This document shows, in pieces, positions 26,142 through 38,122 of a stretch of 64,000 nt of DNA (within the stretch, counting starts at the first letter, position 1; every line of letters begins with the position of its first letter). Under the pieces are notes generated by a model, which saw only the letters and a program-made list of their open reading frames with translations, ran no database searches and was not told the DNA's origin. Origin of the DNA: Octopus vulgaris (taxonomy: Eukaryota); the NCBI GenBank assembly GCA_951406725.2, contig OX597840.1, positions 17,298,001 through 17,362,000 of the forward strand, read 5' to 3'. A program made the position numbers and the translations under genes.

Positions 26142-26177
26142 CAGCTGTAATAGATATTTAATACAATAACATTTTGG

Positions 26178-26221
<44 letters not shown>

Positions 26222-26227
26222 CATACA

Positions 26228-26263
<36 letters not shown>

Positions 26264-26505
26264 TATATATTGGTGATTAATTAGGTATTTCTCCAAACAT
26301 TTACCAAATGTTCACAATTAGGTATTCACAAAATAAATTATTCGATGATTAATATATAATAATTACAATAATAATTCTCGTAAAATAAGAATTTAGAATT
26401 ATTCTGTTGGATAATTCTAGATATGTTACCTTAATTTCCCAGAGAATTTAATATCAATAATAATAATAATTATTATTATGAAGAGTGTGTGTGTGCGCAT
26501 GCATA

Positions 26506-26537
<32 letters not shown>

Positions 26538-26854
26538 CAGTATTGAACACACATGCACCAGGTGTGTTTTGCTAGTTCATAGGTAGGCTGTGATTATAGA
26601 TGTAGGAGAATATATTCTCATCGATTCACCTGCAAGACATAGACAAAGGAGACATGCATCTTTTGTATATGTGTTTCTTACCAAAGTTCTCCAAAACTGT
26701 TTGTCTTAGAGGAAAACGGATTTGATTTTCAAGATTTGCATCCCAAGGAGAAAGTTTTTGGTGATTAGTAATCAAAGTATATAATTAGCAATGAGAAATT
26801 AGTCAACTTCCAGATCAACAACACTGAATGTCTTTAGAAGCCACCATCTTAAAC

Positions 26855-26893
<39 letters not shown>

Positions 26894-27007
26894 CGTGCAT
26901 GTGTGTGTCACATCTTATAACTGTCTGTCTCTATACCTCTCTCAATCTGTCCATCTGTCTCTTATGCTTTTCCCTTCTCCATATATATTCATCACACACA
27001 CACACTC

Positions 27008-27040
<33 letters not shown>

Positions 27041-27234
27041 ATATCTATATCTCTCATGCATGCTGCTCTCTGTTTCTCTCATTTTTGATATGGCATGAAA
27101 TGCAAGACAGTCCCAGGAGGCAAGCATGCCCTTCTATGTACCTCTTACCATCTGTCTATCTGTCTTTCTCGGTCTTTTACACTTTTCTCATTTTAAACTT
27201 TTCCCCTCTCTCTATATATTTACCACACACACTC

Positions 27235-27269
<35 letters not shown>

Positions 27270-27540
27270 ATGCATCTCTCTCATGCTGAATGTGTGCATG
27301 CTTGTAAATGTGTGTGTGTGTGTGTATGCATGTATGTAAGGAATTTGATTTGGGTGACAGAGTTGGAAGACCCTCACAAAACATCTGCAATGAGCCCATG
27401 AGGCACTAACAAAGAAGGAATAGTCTTGATATGCATAACAACAAACCTTGTACATTGCATAGTCTCAGGAGACAACCTGATTCTGGGATGTGTCAGTCAG
27501 ATGGTAAGTGCACAGAGCCTCCATCTCCGTCTCTGGAGAC

Positions 27541-27760
27541 GATGTCCCATTTCAATTCAAATGACTTCAATTTCCAGTGAGTCTTAATTTTCTCATTACC
27601 ATCAACAACTCACAACGGCAAACATTTCTGGTTGCCTGTTTACACGCTGAAGCGTACTGCTTCATCCATGGTCAGCTTTACACTGGATTTTGAAGAGTGG
27701 GAAGTATGAAAGATCTTTACATTTAAGCACCAAATGGGGAAACAAAGAATCTGCCCCAAA
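27541..27760 (+). pseudogene. Helitron RepHel PIF1-helicase C-terminal remnant
   Basis: In-frame DVPFQFK*LQFPVSLNFLITINNSQRQTFLVACLHAEAYCFIHGQLYTGF*RVG matches the PIF1 motifs QFP..TINKSQGQT..FSHGQLYVA.SRV. Confidence 0.85.
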
Positions 27761-28271
27761 TAATGCAGAAATCCTTCCTGATCAAGGGGCCTATCTGTCG
27801 GAAACAACTTTGTCAAATGTGGAACAAAAAAAACTGAAACAAAAGTGTTCTTTGTGAAAATTGTCCAGCAACAACAGGCTAATCAGTGTTGAGAGGGTCC
27901 AGGTGAGGGCTGGTGTCTAAGGGGACAGTAGAGAAAAGGGAGGCATTGGGAGAAAGCCAGTGGATTGGGGGACACTATGAATTTATAATATCATTATAGT
28001 ATCATATACTAATTATATAATATATTAAATATAAAATGATTCCTAGTATATATAAATTAGTAAAATATTTATATATAAAAACAGGGGTGGGGGCGCTGAG
28101 GGTATTATGTGACCATGAGGTGGGGCAGTGGCCCACAAAGTTTGAGAACCTCTGGTACACACTTATCTTTGTATATATATATATAAATATATATGTATGA
28201 ATGCATGTATGTATTTTAATTCTTTCACTTGTCTCAGCTTTAAAGCTGCGGTCATGCTGGGGCACCACCTT

Positions 28272-29655
28272 TGGCTGCACTACACCATTATTTGAAACCA
28301 CATCTGATATGTGGGATTTGGTGCACGAGGGAGTTTGATGCAGCTGCCTTCATCTGTGTTTCCTGCCATGAGATGGGCTCATCTGAAACCCTTGACAGGA
28401 GGAGATCCAGTTTTGTAAGCCGAGGGAAGAAGTTTGGAACGGTGAAGGTGAGGTTTGCCACCAAAGAGGAGGCAGCCTCACATTCCCCCACTATTCTATA
28501 CACTGACAAGGTGATGCTGCTGCCCATGGATAGGGGTAGGTGCAGTGCTTGGATTAGAGTTGGAAGAGTGCCACTGGAAATAAAGACAGAGTGATTGATG
28601 GCCGTCTGTTCTGGCTGCCACAAAGTAAAGTCCCGAATTGGGACCAGTGGAAAAAACGAGCATGTTAAACAGGTGGGGATGCTGTGTCGAGATGTAGCTT
28701 TTTGCTATGTTTGAAGACATTGAGAGGATCCCCTACCAAATATAGATTGTGGGAGAAAGTTCCCGATCGAATTGTTATGAATGCGGTGTGAGGGTCCATA
28801 TGAGGAAGCAGTGCCCCAAGCAGAGTGAGAAGGCTGTGGAGAAAGACCAAGAAGAAGTGGAAACTGGAGTACAAATTGAAGCATTGAAAGATGGAGATGC
28901 CAAAAGCGATGCGAAGTGCATCAGAGACACAGAAGAAGTAAAGACGAAGGGAGACAGAAAAAAAGCAGCAAAGAAGGGGAGTGACGGGTTTGTCAACCCC
29001 AAAAGGCAAAAGAAGGCAAAATCAAGAGAACATTCACTAGGACCAGCAGCAGAAACAGAGAGGATGCTCCAAAAAGGTAGGGATCTGCCTAATTTCAAGC
29101 ATATGCATACAGTAGGGATGGAACCAAGAGAGAAAGAATTTAAACATAAAACACTCTTAGTCTACTATGAAAAGAATCTTTGATATGGAAAGGAGAATGT
29201 CCAAGTGGAAGGGATTAGTAAGGAGGAAGCTGTCCAGGGAGAAATTAAAGGAGAATGAAAGGTGTGTTTTATTGAATGACGATAGATATGATGCCTTCAT
29301 GGATTCATGTGGAGAATTGGTGACTATGGTTGATGGGTCAGTGTGGTATGACACCCTGCCGGCTGTGGTTGAACATGAAGAGTTGAAAAATTTTAGAAAA
29401 AATATAAAATAGAATATGAACAATATAAAAAAAATGAAGATGAGAACTTTTTGGGGAGGAGGAAAAAACTGTCCAAAATAATGCCTAAATGTAACCACTC
29501 AACTTCAGGGGTCGAATGGGCATTGTGCCTCATTTTATTTATTCTTTCTTGCTCGATATTTTTTTTGTATTCTTGTTTTCCCCGATATATATTTTGTATT
29601 GTTTTTGTAATGTGCAACCTCTATATTTAGCCCCTTGTGGGTAATAAAAAATTGA
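28272..29655 (+). mobile_element. Decayed retroelement encoding only an L1/Tx1-type ORF1 (zinc knuckle), followed by a 3' UTR
   Basis: RRM-like FVSRGKKFGTVKVRFATKEEA…IRVGRVPLEI; CCHC knuckle CYECGVRVHMRKQC; charged tail with DGFVNPKRQKK. No EN/RT before the ccccttgtgggtaataaa end. Confidence 0.65.
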
Positions 29656-30128
29656 GGACACTGGTGTTGCCTTGGCGGAGGTTTGCGCTCTCTAAGTTCT
29701 CTTGTTAATATTAATATTATCATTATCATTATTGTTATCATTGTTTGTTGTTGCTGTTGTTACTGCTATTGTTGTTGTTATCAATGCACATTCATACCAA
29801 TCTGCGGACACTCACCTCAACTGAAATATTAAACTTGAATGCAGAAAGAAAATGAAAATAAAATAAACATAAAAATAAAACATATAAAAGAAAAAGAAAA
29901 AAAAAGAAGTCTAAAGAAATATGTACGACAAAGAGATCATTAGGTTTATCAGAATTTACCTGAAAGAAGTGACACAATGCACAGACAAGATATGTGTGTA
30001 TGTGTTGTGTATGTGTGTGTGTGTATATATATATAGGTGTGTGTGTGTGTATATATATATATATATGTATATATATATGTATACACACATATATATATAT
30101 ATACACATATATATATATATATATATAT

Positions 30129-30183
<55 letters not shown>

Positions 30184-30184
<1 letters not shown>

Positions 30185-30500
30185 AAGGCATGTGCTTTAG
30201 TGGTTAGGGCATTTGGCTCATGATCGTAAAGTTGTCAGTTCAATTTGCGGCGACGTGTTGTGTCCTTGAGCAAGACACTTTATTTCCCATTGCTCTAGTC
30301 CACTCAGCTGGCAAAAATGAGTTGTACCTAAATTTCAAAGGGACAGCCTTGTCACATTCTGTGTGACGCTGAATCTACCTGAGAACTACGTTAAGGGTAC
30401 ATGTGTGTGGAGTGCTTGGCCACTTGCACTTTAATTTCATGAGCAAGCTGTTCTGTTGGTCGTATCAGCTGGGACCCTCGTCGTCGTAACCGACAGAGTT
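30184..30500 (+). mobile_element. tRNA-derived SINE family B
   Basis: gaaggcatgtgctttagtggttagggc head; tgtgtccttgagcaagacactttattt…ccactcagctg body. Confidence 0.75.
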
Positions 30501-30509
30501 CTCCTTTTC

Positions 30510-30540
<31 letters not shown>

Positions 30541-30549
<9 letters not shown>

Positions 30550-30763
30550 GTGTACATTTAAACACAAGAGAAAACCACCTTTAACAGGTGATTTTAACAT
30601 GCTAGAAGAAGCAGTTAAAACGATCAAAACCACATTTAAGTGCAATTCTTGAAGGGAAAACCACTACTTTTGGTTTTGGTCATTTTGACTGCTTCTTCTA
30701 GCATGTAAAAATTACCTGTTAAAGGTAGTTTTCTCTTGTGTTTAAATGTACACTATTTTATAT
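30541..30763. repeat. Palindrome with ~90-bp arms (Penelope-type inverted junction or MITE)
   Basis: tataaaatagtgtacatttaaacacaagagaaaac… is mirrored by …gttttctcttgtgtttaaatgtacactattttata. Confidence 0.85.
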
Positions 30764-30841
30764 TGAGAATATGTTGTCTGTTGACTTTTTATACATGCTA
30801 GGTCACTGGTGGTGAAATTTCTAAGATTATTCGCTACCCTG

Positions 30842-30902
<61 letters not shown>

Positions 30903-30939
30903 GTGTGTGCACACACATACACAAATACACAAGGGTTTT

Positions 30940-32100
30940 CCTGAAAAGTTCCTGGCTTTAAGGGTGTTGCAAATGGCCTGCTTGGAGGCTTGACCTTCCG
31001 AGCAAGACTATTCTTATCGTTATCTACTTTGACGGTTGAAATATCAAGTTTCCTTATAATTCTTTTATGATATTGCTTTATGGCCAGCTTTGGTTTCATT
31101 TTTATTTCACAGCAAACTCCAGCATGGTCAGACCATCATTCCGCCTTGTGGCTTTGGACAATCGCTTAGTCAGTCTAGTGTCTATGACCTGATTCAGGAT
31201 AATGCCATGTTATTTTGTTTTTATCAGACTGTTGAAAAAGTGTATTGTCTTGCAACTGTAAATGATGAAGCAGCATGGTTATTCCACGCCAGAAAAGGAG
31301 GCCAGACAAAATACTCAAGAAGCTATACAAGATATTTCTAAACATGAAACCACTAAGATAAAGATGAAACATGCTAAAATAAAAAAGAAGTTCACTGCTA
31401 AAATGAAAATGAAACAAACAAGCATACACTAACGAAATAAGATATCCATATTCACCACAGCACAGACGAGGGATAGCCCAACGCATTCTCGTAGAAAGAA
31501 TTTAGTTAATTAAATAGCATTCAACATTTGCTCACGCATGCAGTTTAAATGAAATGTGATGACAATAATTAAAGCAAGGAAGAATGAAAATTCAGCTTCT
31601 CTGAACATTTTTCGTTCACCTCAGAAGTATTCTGTTGGTAACCACTCCCCACCCAGCCAAGAACATTTGCAAACTTCAACAAACTGCTGTTGCTGCTGCT
31701 AATTTGAATTTTACCCAAACAAACAGTTGAGGAAAACATCTCATAGAAAAATGTGTAGCGGCACAAGCAGTCAGCACCATATTGGATGAGATCTCGCAGC
31801 AGCCTTTGCCATCTCCAAGACTGGAGCAAGTCCTCACTTGAATCCATTTGCCATATGCGAGATCACATCGTGGCTCGTGATGGCAAACTTTATATAAGGG
31901 CAAAACAGAAACAGATTCATTCTCTCTCTTTCTGCCTCTTAGCAGCAGCGCTTGTTGATCGCACTCCACTGGCTGAGGCTTTCTGCCTGTCTATCTCCAG
32001 AGGCAATGCGCCCACACTAACGGAGCTATGTACACAACACACACAGCTAAAGATGGTAGCTGAGAGCAGCACACTACACCTTTCCTGTAAATAAACCAGT
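30940..32100. mobile_element. Heavily decayed Tc1/mariner-like remnants
   Basis: TIR-like ctgaaaagttcctggcttt at ~30950, and an SPHLNP reading resembling SPDLNP near 31830. No clean frame. Confidence 0.3.
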
Positions 32101-32241
32101 TGTAAATAACGTTTGTACTTGAAGTCTTCTCTCTTCGCCTACCGGAAGCCTGAACAACATGAAGAACAAAAAGAGATAATGGAAGAAGGCGATATTCTCC
32201 CAATATCTTATACCTTGCCATCCATTATAAATGTAATGGTT

Positions 32242-32525
<284 letters not shown>

Positions 32526-32585
32526 AGCCTAATTTAAACTAATAGCAGAAGAAAATTCCCCTTCACAAAAATGTCATACTTATAT

Positions 32586-32664
32586 GCCTTGAAGAGGTCA
32601 TACTAATAATGCATAAATTGTTGCATACAAATATGCAGATGTTGCGATCGAAACACGTCAGACT
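32586..32664 (+). ncRNA. Degenerate hammerhead-like motif
   Basis: gcct-TGAAGA-ggtc…gatc-GAAAC-ac-GTC-agac; first core base and stem I are imperfect. Confidence 0.4.
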
Positions 32665-32742
32665 ATTATTACGAATAAACTAACTGGAAATAAACATAAA
32701 GTTTGAATGGTCAAATTCTTCATTCTCTTCATTCTCCTTATT

Positions 32743-32774
<32 letters not shown>

Positions 32775-32776
<2 letters not shown>

Positions 32777-32950
32777 CATTATCATCATTTAACTCCTGTT
32801 TTCCATGGGTTGCATGGGTTGGAAGGGGCTGGCTAGGCAGAAGATTGCACCAGGCTTCACTGTCTGTTCTGGCAGGGTTTTTACAGCTGGATGCCCTTCC
32901 TAACACCAACCACCATACAATGTGGAGTGTGTGCTTTTTATGTGGCACCA
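32775..32950 (-). mobile_element. RTE LINE 3' end fragment
   Basis: acagctggatgcccttcctaacaccaaccac (reverse 3' core). Confidence 0.8.
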
Positions 32951-33139
32951 TACATTTATATATATATACATGTATATACATATATACACACATGCACGTT
33001 CACACATGCACATACACATACGTTGTATATATATATATATATATATTACAAAGGAATAATAATAATAACAATAATAATAATAATAATACACATGCACACA
33101 CACACACATACACACCATTTAGCATTCAAACTGACCATT

Positions 33140-33672
33140 TCCAGTATGGACTTGACAGAGCAAAGAAGTGGTATGAACATAAACCTGAAGTCATCATCGA
33201 AAATGGAAATGCAAAGACCCTATGGGACTTTATGATTCAGTACGACCATGAGATAGAGAACAGGAAACCAGAGATAGTGTTAATTGAGAAAGAAAGCAAA
33301 CTATGCTGGATCAAAGATATAGCATGCCCAGCTGACAACAAGGTATACGATAAGGAAGAAAGAAAAGTTGATAGATATAACAGGTTAGCTTGGGAAGTTA
33401 AGCAGTTGTGGTCGCTGAAAAAAGGTGGTAGTAGTACCAATAATTGTTGGAGCCCTGGGAACGGTGAGTAAAAATCTTGAGAAGTACATGGAACAAATAG
33501 GGGCTGCAATAAGGGTGGAGCACTTGCAGAAAACAGCGCTGCTTGGAACCACTCGAATACTCCAGATGGTGCTCAAAAAATTAGGGGTGTTGCCTTAGTT
33601 CACTGGGAGTGAACAGCTGACACCATAGTACATCTCCAGCATTAGAAGCTGTGCAAAGGCAATAATAATAAT
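33140..33672 (+). mobile_element. R4/Dong-clade LINE 3' fragment (third family), restriction-like endonuclease domain
   Basis: WYEHKPE…LWDFMIQYDHEIENRKPEIV…KDIACP…KVDRY; after a frameshift VVPIIVGALG…LQKTALLGT. Ends in (AAT)n. Confidence 0.85.
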
Positions 33673-33714
<42 letters not shown>

Positions 33715-33727
33715 AAAAATAATAATA

Positions 33728-33763
<36 letters not shown>

Positions 33764-34062
33764 TAAGTGTTACATTTCATAGAGTAATCAGAAGGCTAAA
33801 AGGTTAAAGCATTCAGCACAACAGATTTGAGGCTAATTTGGCACAGCAACCAACAATGTTGTTGGTCATGTTCTTGTTGTTGAAGCTGTGTGCTTTGCAT
33901 GTTTTTGTTTTTTCTTTTCAGAATAGAAGGCACATAAAAGAATGCAAAGCATGTAGATAAGATTGTAACATGCTAAAACAGGATTATACCTGCTCTGACC
34001 TTGTGCCTATAGAACAAGGAATAATAATGATGACGATGATGATGATGACAATAATAATAATG

Positions 34063-34136
34063 ATTTCTTTATTAAAACCACAAAGGGTTTACATTAAGTA
34101 AAATATTATGGACAGCACAGGACAAAACAAAGAATG

Positions 34137-34170
<34 letters not shown>

Positions 34171-34585
34171 AGTATGTGTGTGTGTGTGTGAGTATGTGTG
34201 TGTGTGTGTGTTGTGGGGGTTTTGCATGTAAACAAGATAAACAACGAAATAAAAAAAATTCAACAATGTATAATCCCCAATAGTGAGGAGATATTTGGGG
34301 GCTGCTCATGGAAAAACCCCATAAAAACCATAGGTACCCTGACTTTTGGAGCAAGAGCCTTTTTTCCCTTTCTTTTCTTCAGTAGCAGTCATATGCCCAG
34401 GGCAGGCTCGTTCACTCGCACCATTCTTGCCACTGCCGTCCACCTTTCAGCAAAATGGCTAGAAGACAACAATTCCATCTCTACCCTTATTTTCCTTTTC
34501 AAGCGAAACTTGAAGAAGTTGATTAGGGATTGATAAAAAAGAAAAGTGTTTGTCTTCAGCCCCTTCAATTTCATCCATCATACAC
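34063..34585 (-). mobile_element. Tx1/L1-like LINE ORF2 C-terminus and 3' UTR
   Basis: Minus ORF LINFFKFRLKRKIRVEMELLSSSHFAERWTAVARMVRVN, then a T-rich UTR ending ccctttgtggttttaataaagaaa. Confidence 0.6.
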
Positions 34586-34888
34586 CCTCCTCTTGCCAAG
34601 GAGTGCTCCTACAATTGTAGAATCTGGCAATGCATTAATTCCACCTCTTCTTATTAATAACTGCATTGCTTCTTCCCAGGTAAACTGATATCTGACTGTT
34701 TTAAGAAGACTTCAAAAATATCTAGCAGGGACGTGCAGCTTGGGTAGGCAAGGTAGGCAATGCCTACCCTGAATAAAACAGATCGATAGTAACATTTCCT
34801 TTTATGACAAAATATGTACCTAATTCAATGAAATTATGTAGGTTACTCTGATTACTATACATAAAATGCAAAATATTTTATTTTTTTG

Positions 34889-35046
34889 TAGGAGTGGCTG
34901 TGTGGTAAGTAGCTTGCTTACCAACCACATGGTTCTGGGTTCAGTCCAATTGCATGGCACCTTGGGCAACTGTCTTCTACTATAGCCTCAGGCCGACCAA
35001 AGCCTTGTGAGGGGATTTGGTAGACAAAAACTGAAAGAAGCCCATC

Positions 35047-35050
<4 letters not shown>
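34889..35050 (+). mobile_element. SINE family A head
   Basis: ggagtggctgtgtggtaagtagcttgcttaccaaccacatgg. Confidence 0.85.
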
Positions 35051-35109
<59 letters not shown>

Positions 35110-35111
<2 letters not shown>

Positions 35112-35964
35112 TGGTGAAGCACGACCTTCGGACGTTAGGTCTCACCATGGAAATGACTAGAGACCGAGACCTATGGAAGTATGCTGTGCGTGAGAAGACC
35201 CGGCAAGACTAGTGAAGCCATAATCCGTGGCCCCTACCTGGGACGTAGTCAGTCCACCTGTGCATACCTTCCTTCTTGTGACACTTGTGAAGACCTGTTG
35301 AGGCAAGTGAGAATCGAATCGTATCAAATCAAATCGAACCAAATCAAAATAGATGAACATCAATGGAATTTGTATCCTTGTGGTACCAGTGCCGGTGGCA
35401 CATAAGAAAACCATCCGAACGTGACCGTAGCCAGTACCGCAATGACTGGCCTCCGTGCTGAGGGCACGTAACAAACACCATCCGAGCGTGGCCGTCCGCC
35501 AGCCTCGTCTGGCACCTGTGTCGGTGACACATAAGAAAACACCATCCGAGCGTGGCCGTCTGCCAGCCTCGTCTGGCACCTGTGTCGGTGGCACATAAAA
35601 AACACCATCCGAGCGTGGCCGTCTGCCAGCCTCGTCTGGCACCTGTGTCGGTGGCACATAAAAAACACCATCCGAGCGTGGCCGTCTGCCAGCCTCGTCT
35701 GGCACCTGTGTCGGTGGCACATAAAAAACACCATCCGAGCGTGGCCGTCTGCCAGCCTCGTCTGGCACCTGTGTCGGTGGCACATAAAATCACCCACTAC
35801 ACTCTCGGAGTGGTTGGCGTTAGGAAGGGCATCCAGCTGTAGAAACACTGCCACATCTGACTGGCCTGGTGCAGCCTTCGGGCTTCCCAGACCCCAGTTG
35901 AACCGTCCAACCCATGCTAGCATGGAAAGCGGACGTTAAACGATGATGATGATGATGATGATGA

Positions 35965-35965
<1 letters not shown>
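35110..35965 (+). mobile_element. Young RTE LINE 3' end with five near-identical 63-bp UTR repeats (35477-35790)
   Basis: ORF end VVKHDLRTLGLTMEMTRDRDLWKYAVREKTRQD*. Repeat starts at 35477, 35541, 35604, 35667 and 35730. CpGs retained; (GAT)n tail. Confidence 0.92.
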
Positions 35966-36001
<36 letters not shown>

Positions 36002-36008
36002 ATATATG

Positions 36009-36342
36009 TGAAGGCACATGGCTCAGTGGTTAGAGCGTCGAGCTTACGATCGTGAGATTGTGAGCTCGAATCCCGGACCGGGCTGCGTGTTGTGTTCTTG
36101 AGCAAGGCACTTTATTTCACGTTGCTCCAGTTCACTCAGCTGTAGAAATGAGTTGCGACGTCACTGGTGCCAAGCTGTATCGACCTTTGTCTTTCCCTTG
36201 GATAACACTGGTGGCGTGGAGAGGGGAGGCTGGTATGCATGGGCGACTGCTGGTCTTCCATAAAACAACCTTGCCCGGACTTGTGTCTAGGAGGGTAACT
36301 TTCTAGGTGCAATCCCATGGTCATTCATGACCAAAGGGGGTC
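36009..36342 (+). mobile_element. tRNA-derived SINE family B, well preserved
   Basis: tggctcagtggttagagcg A box, gctcgaatccc B box, tgtgttcttgagcaaggcacttt body. Confidence 0.85.
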
Positions 36343-36358
36343 TTGATATATATGTATG

Positions 36359-36391
<33 letters not shown>

Positions 36392-36395
36392 GTAT

Positions 36396-36433
<38 letters not shown>

Positions 36434-37216
36434 GTGTATGTGTGTGTATATGTATAACGTTTCAGCAAAAGTGACTGACAGAATAAGTGCTAGTCAATTT
36501 GCTCGACTAAAGGTGGTGCTCCAGCATGGCCATAGTCAAATAAATGAAACAAGTAAATGAGTAAAAGAGTAAAAGGGTAGTGCAAAAGTGGGTAACTGAA
36601 TTTAGGAGGGAATGGAGAGTCTTGAAGAAGACCCAAGGTCTGGATATCCTGCAAATTCCACCACTGAGGAAAACATTGATCATGTTCAGCACATGGTAAT
36701 GGATGACAGGTGGTTGACTATATATGAAATAGCCAATGCTATAAGCATATCCAGTGAGGGAGTTGGGAATATTCTGCTCAATGAACTTGGCATGAGGAAG
36801 GTCTCTTTCTATTCAGTGGATGACACATCTCACACCTGAACAAAAGTACACCAGGCTAATCGCATCACAGGAAAATCTAACTTTGTTTGAAACAAATCCT
36901 GCTGGCTGGTTCTCCTGAACATTTCCTAACCTAGGATGAGTGTTGGGTTCATCTCTTTGAGCCTCAGACAAAGAGATAATCCATGTAGTGGAAACACCCC
37001 ATCTCACCTGCTCAAGGCTAAGGTGGTTTGATCTGCAGGGAAGATGACAGCCTTAGTTTTTTAGGATGCAAAATGAATTGTGCTTCAAATGGGTCACACC
37101 ATCAATGGAATGTACTATGCCAACCTACTAAGGCAGATTCAAAAGGCTATCAAGACCAAATGCTGAGGAACACTGATGATAAGGGTCTTCATCATGACAA
37201 TATTCCAGCACACAAG

Positions 37217-37614
37217 ATGGCGAGTGGGCAGAAACGTTAGCGCACTGCACGAAATGCTGAGCGGTATTTCGTTTGTCTTCACATTCTGAGTTCAAATTCT
37301 ACCGAGGTCGACTTTGCCTTTTATCCTTTCGTTTCTTGCATCGCGAACGCTTCTTCGCGCGTCGACCCGTGTCGTTTTCGCCTTCTTCTTCTTCTTCTCC
37401 TCCTCCTCCGCGGCGACGAGGAAGGAGCTGGCGCGCGCGTATACGAACGGCGGCCGAACTCGCGAGCGCCCTCGCGCCCCCTGTTTTCGGCCCCTCCGAT
37501 TCCTTTCGTTCTCGTTTCCGATCGTCGGAATTAAGTACCAGTTGCATACTGGGGTCAATCTAATCAACTACCCCCTCCCCCAAAATTTTGGGCCTTGTGC
37601 CTAGAGGAGAAAAG
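37217..37614 (+). mobile_element. SINE family C with degenerate 18-bp TSD, containing a foreign-looking insert
   Basis: TSD aatattccagcacacaag (37199-37216) / aatattctagtatataag (37615-37632). Body matches 19056-19220. Confidence 0.85.
37333..37528. other. GC- and CpG-rich insert of unknown origin
   Basis: Hand count gives ~125 G+C and ~34 CpG in 37331-37530. Absent from the sister SINE copy at ~19170. Confidence 0.85.
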
Positions 37615-38056
37615 AATATTCTAGTATATAAGTCCCTGGTTTCAATGGCTTCTGTGTGTGACGATGGCTTTGAACTGGTTGATGGCCCTCTTTATTCTCC
37701 TAACTAGGCCCCTTCCTCCAACATGAATAAACACTTGGCTGGGAAGCAGTATCACATTGATGATGTCATATCTGTTGTTGATGACATTTTTGATGAATAG
37801 GATGAAAGCTTCTTCACCAATGACATCTAAGCACTCCAACACTGAGTGGACCGCAAGGGGGTTTATGTTGGACAATAAACCTCATTTGCTAGCATTCCAT
37901 GACAATATCTTGGTCAGCCTATGAACTTTTGAGGCGTTAGGAAGGGCATCACTCATCCATGTCTGTCAAAACAGACACAGAGCCTTCAGCTAGTGAGCTC
38001 CTGTCAAACCAGCCAACCCATGCCAGCATGGAAAACGGACGTTAAATGATGATGAA

Positions 38057-38122
<66 letters not shown>

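Larger units (their letters stand above)
36577..37930 (+). mobile_element. Decayed mariner transposon interrupted by a SINE
   Basis: ESLEEDPRSGYP…ENIDHVQHMVMDDRWLTIYEIA…; HHDNIPAHK continues after the SINE as SLVSMASVCDDGFELVDGPLYSPN. TIR-like ggtcagcctatgaacttt at ~37912. Confidence 0.85.

Noticed and set aside
35477-35790. CRISPR-like regular array
   Set aside because: Units are identical end to end with no unique spacers, lie in an RTE 3' UTR, and the context is eukaryotic with no cas genes.
36009-36085. tRNA gene
   Set aside because: The tRNA-like head continues into a repeated SINE body. The same applies at 2203, 21140, 30184, 46055-46121 and 63808.
37273-37604. Overlapping Arg/Ala-rich ORFs on both strands
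   Set aside because: They result from the GC-rich insert lacking stops, and the frames start and end in SINE sequence.
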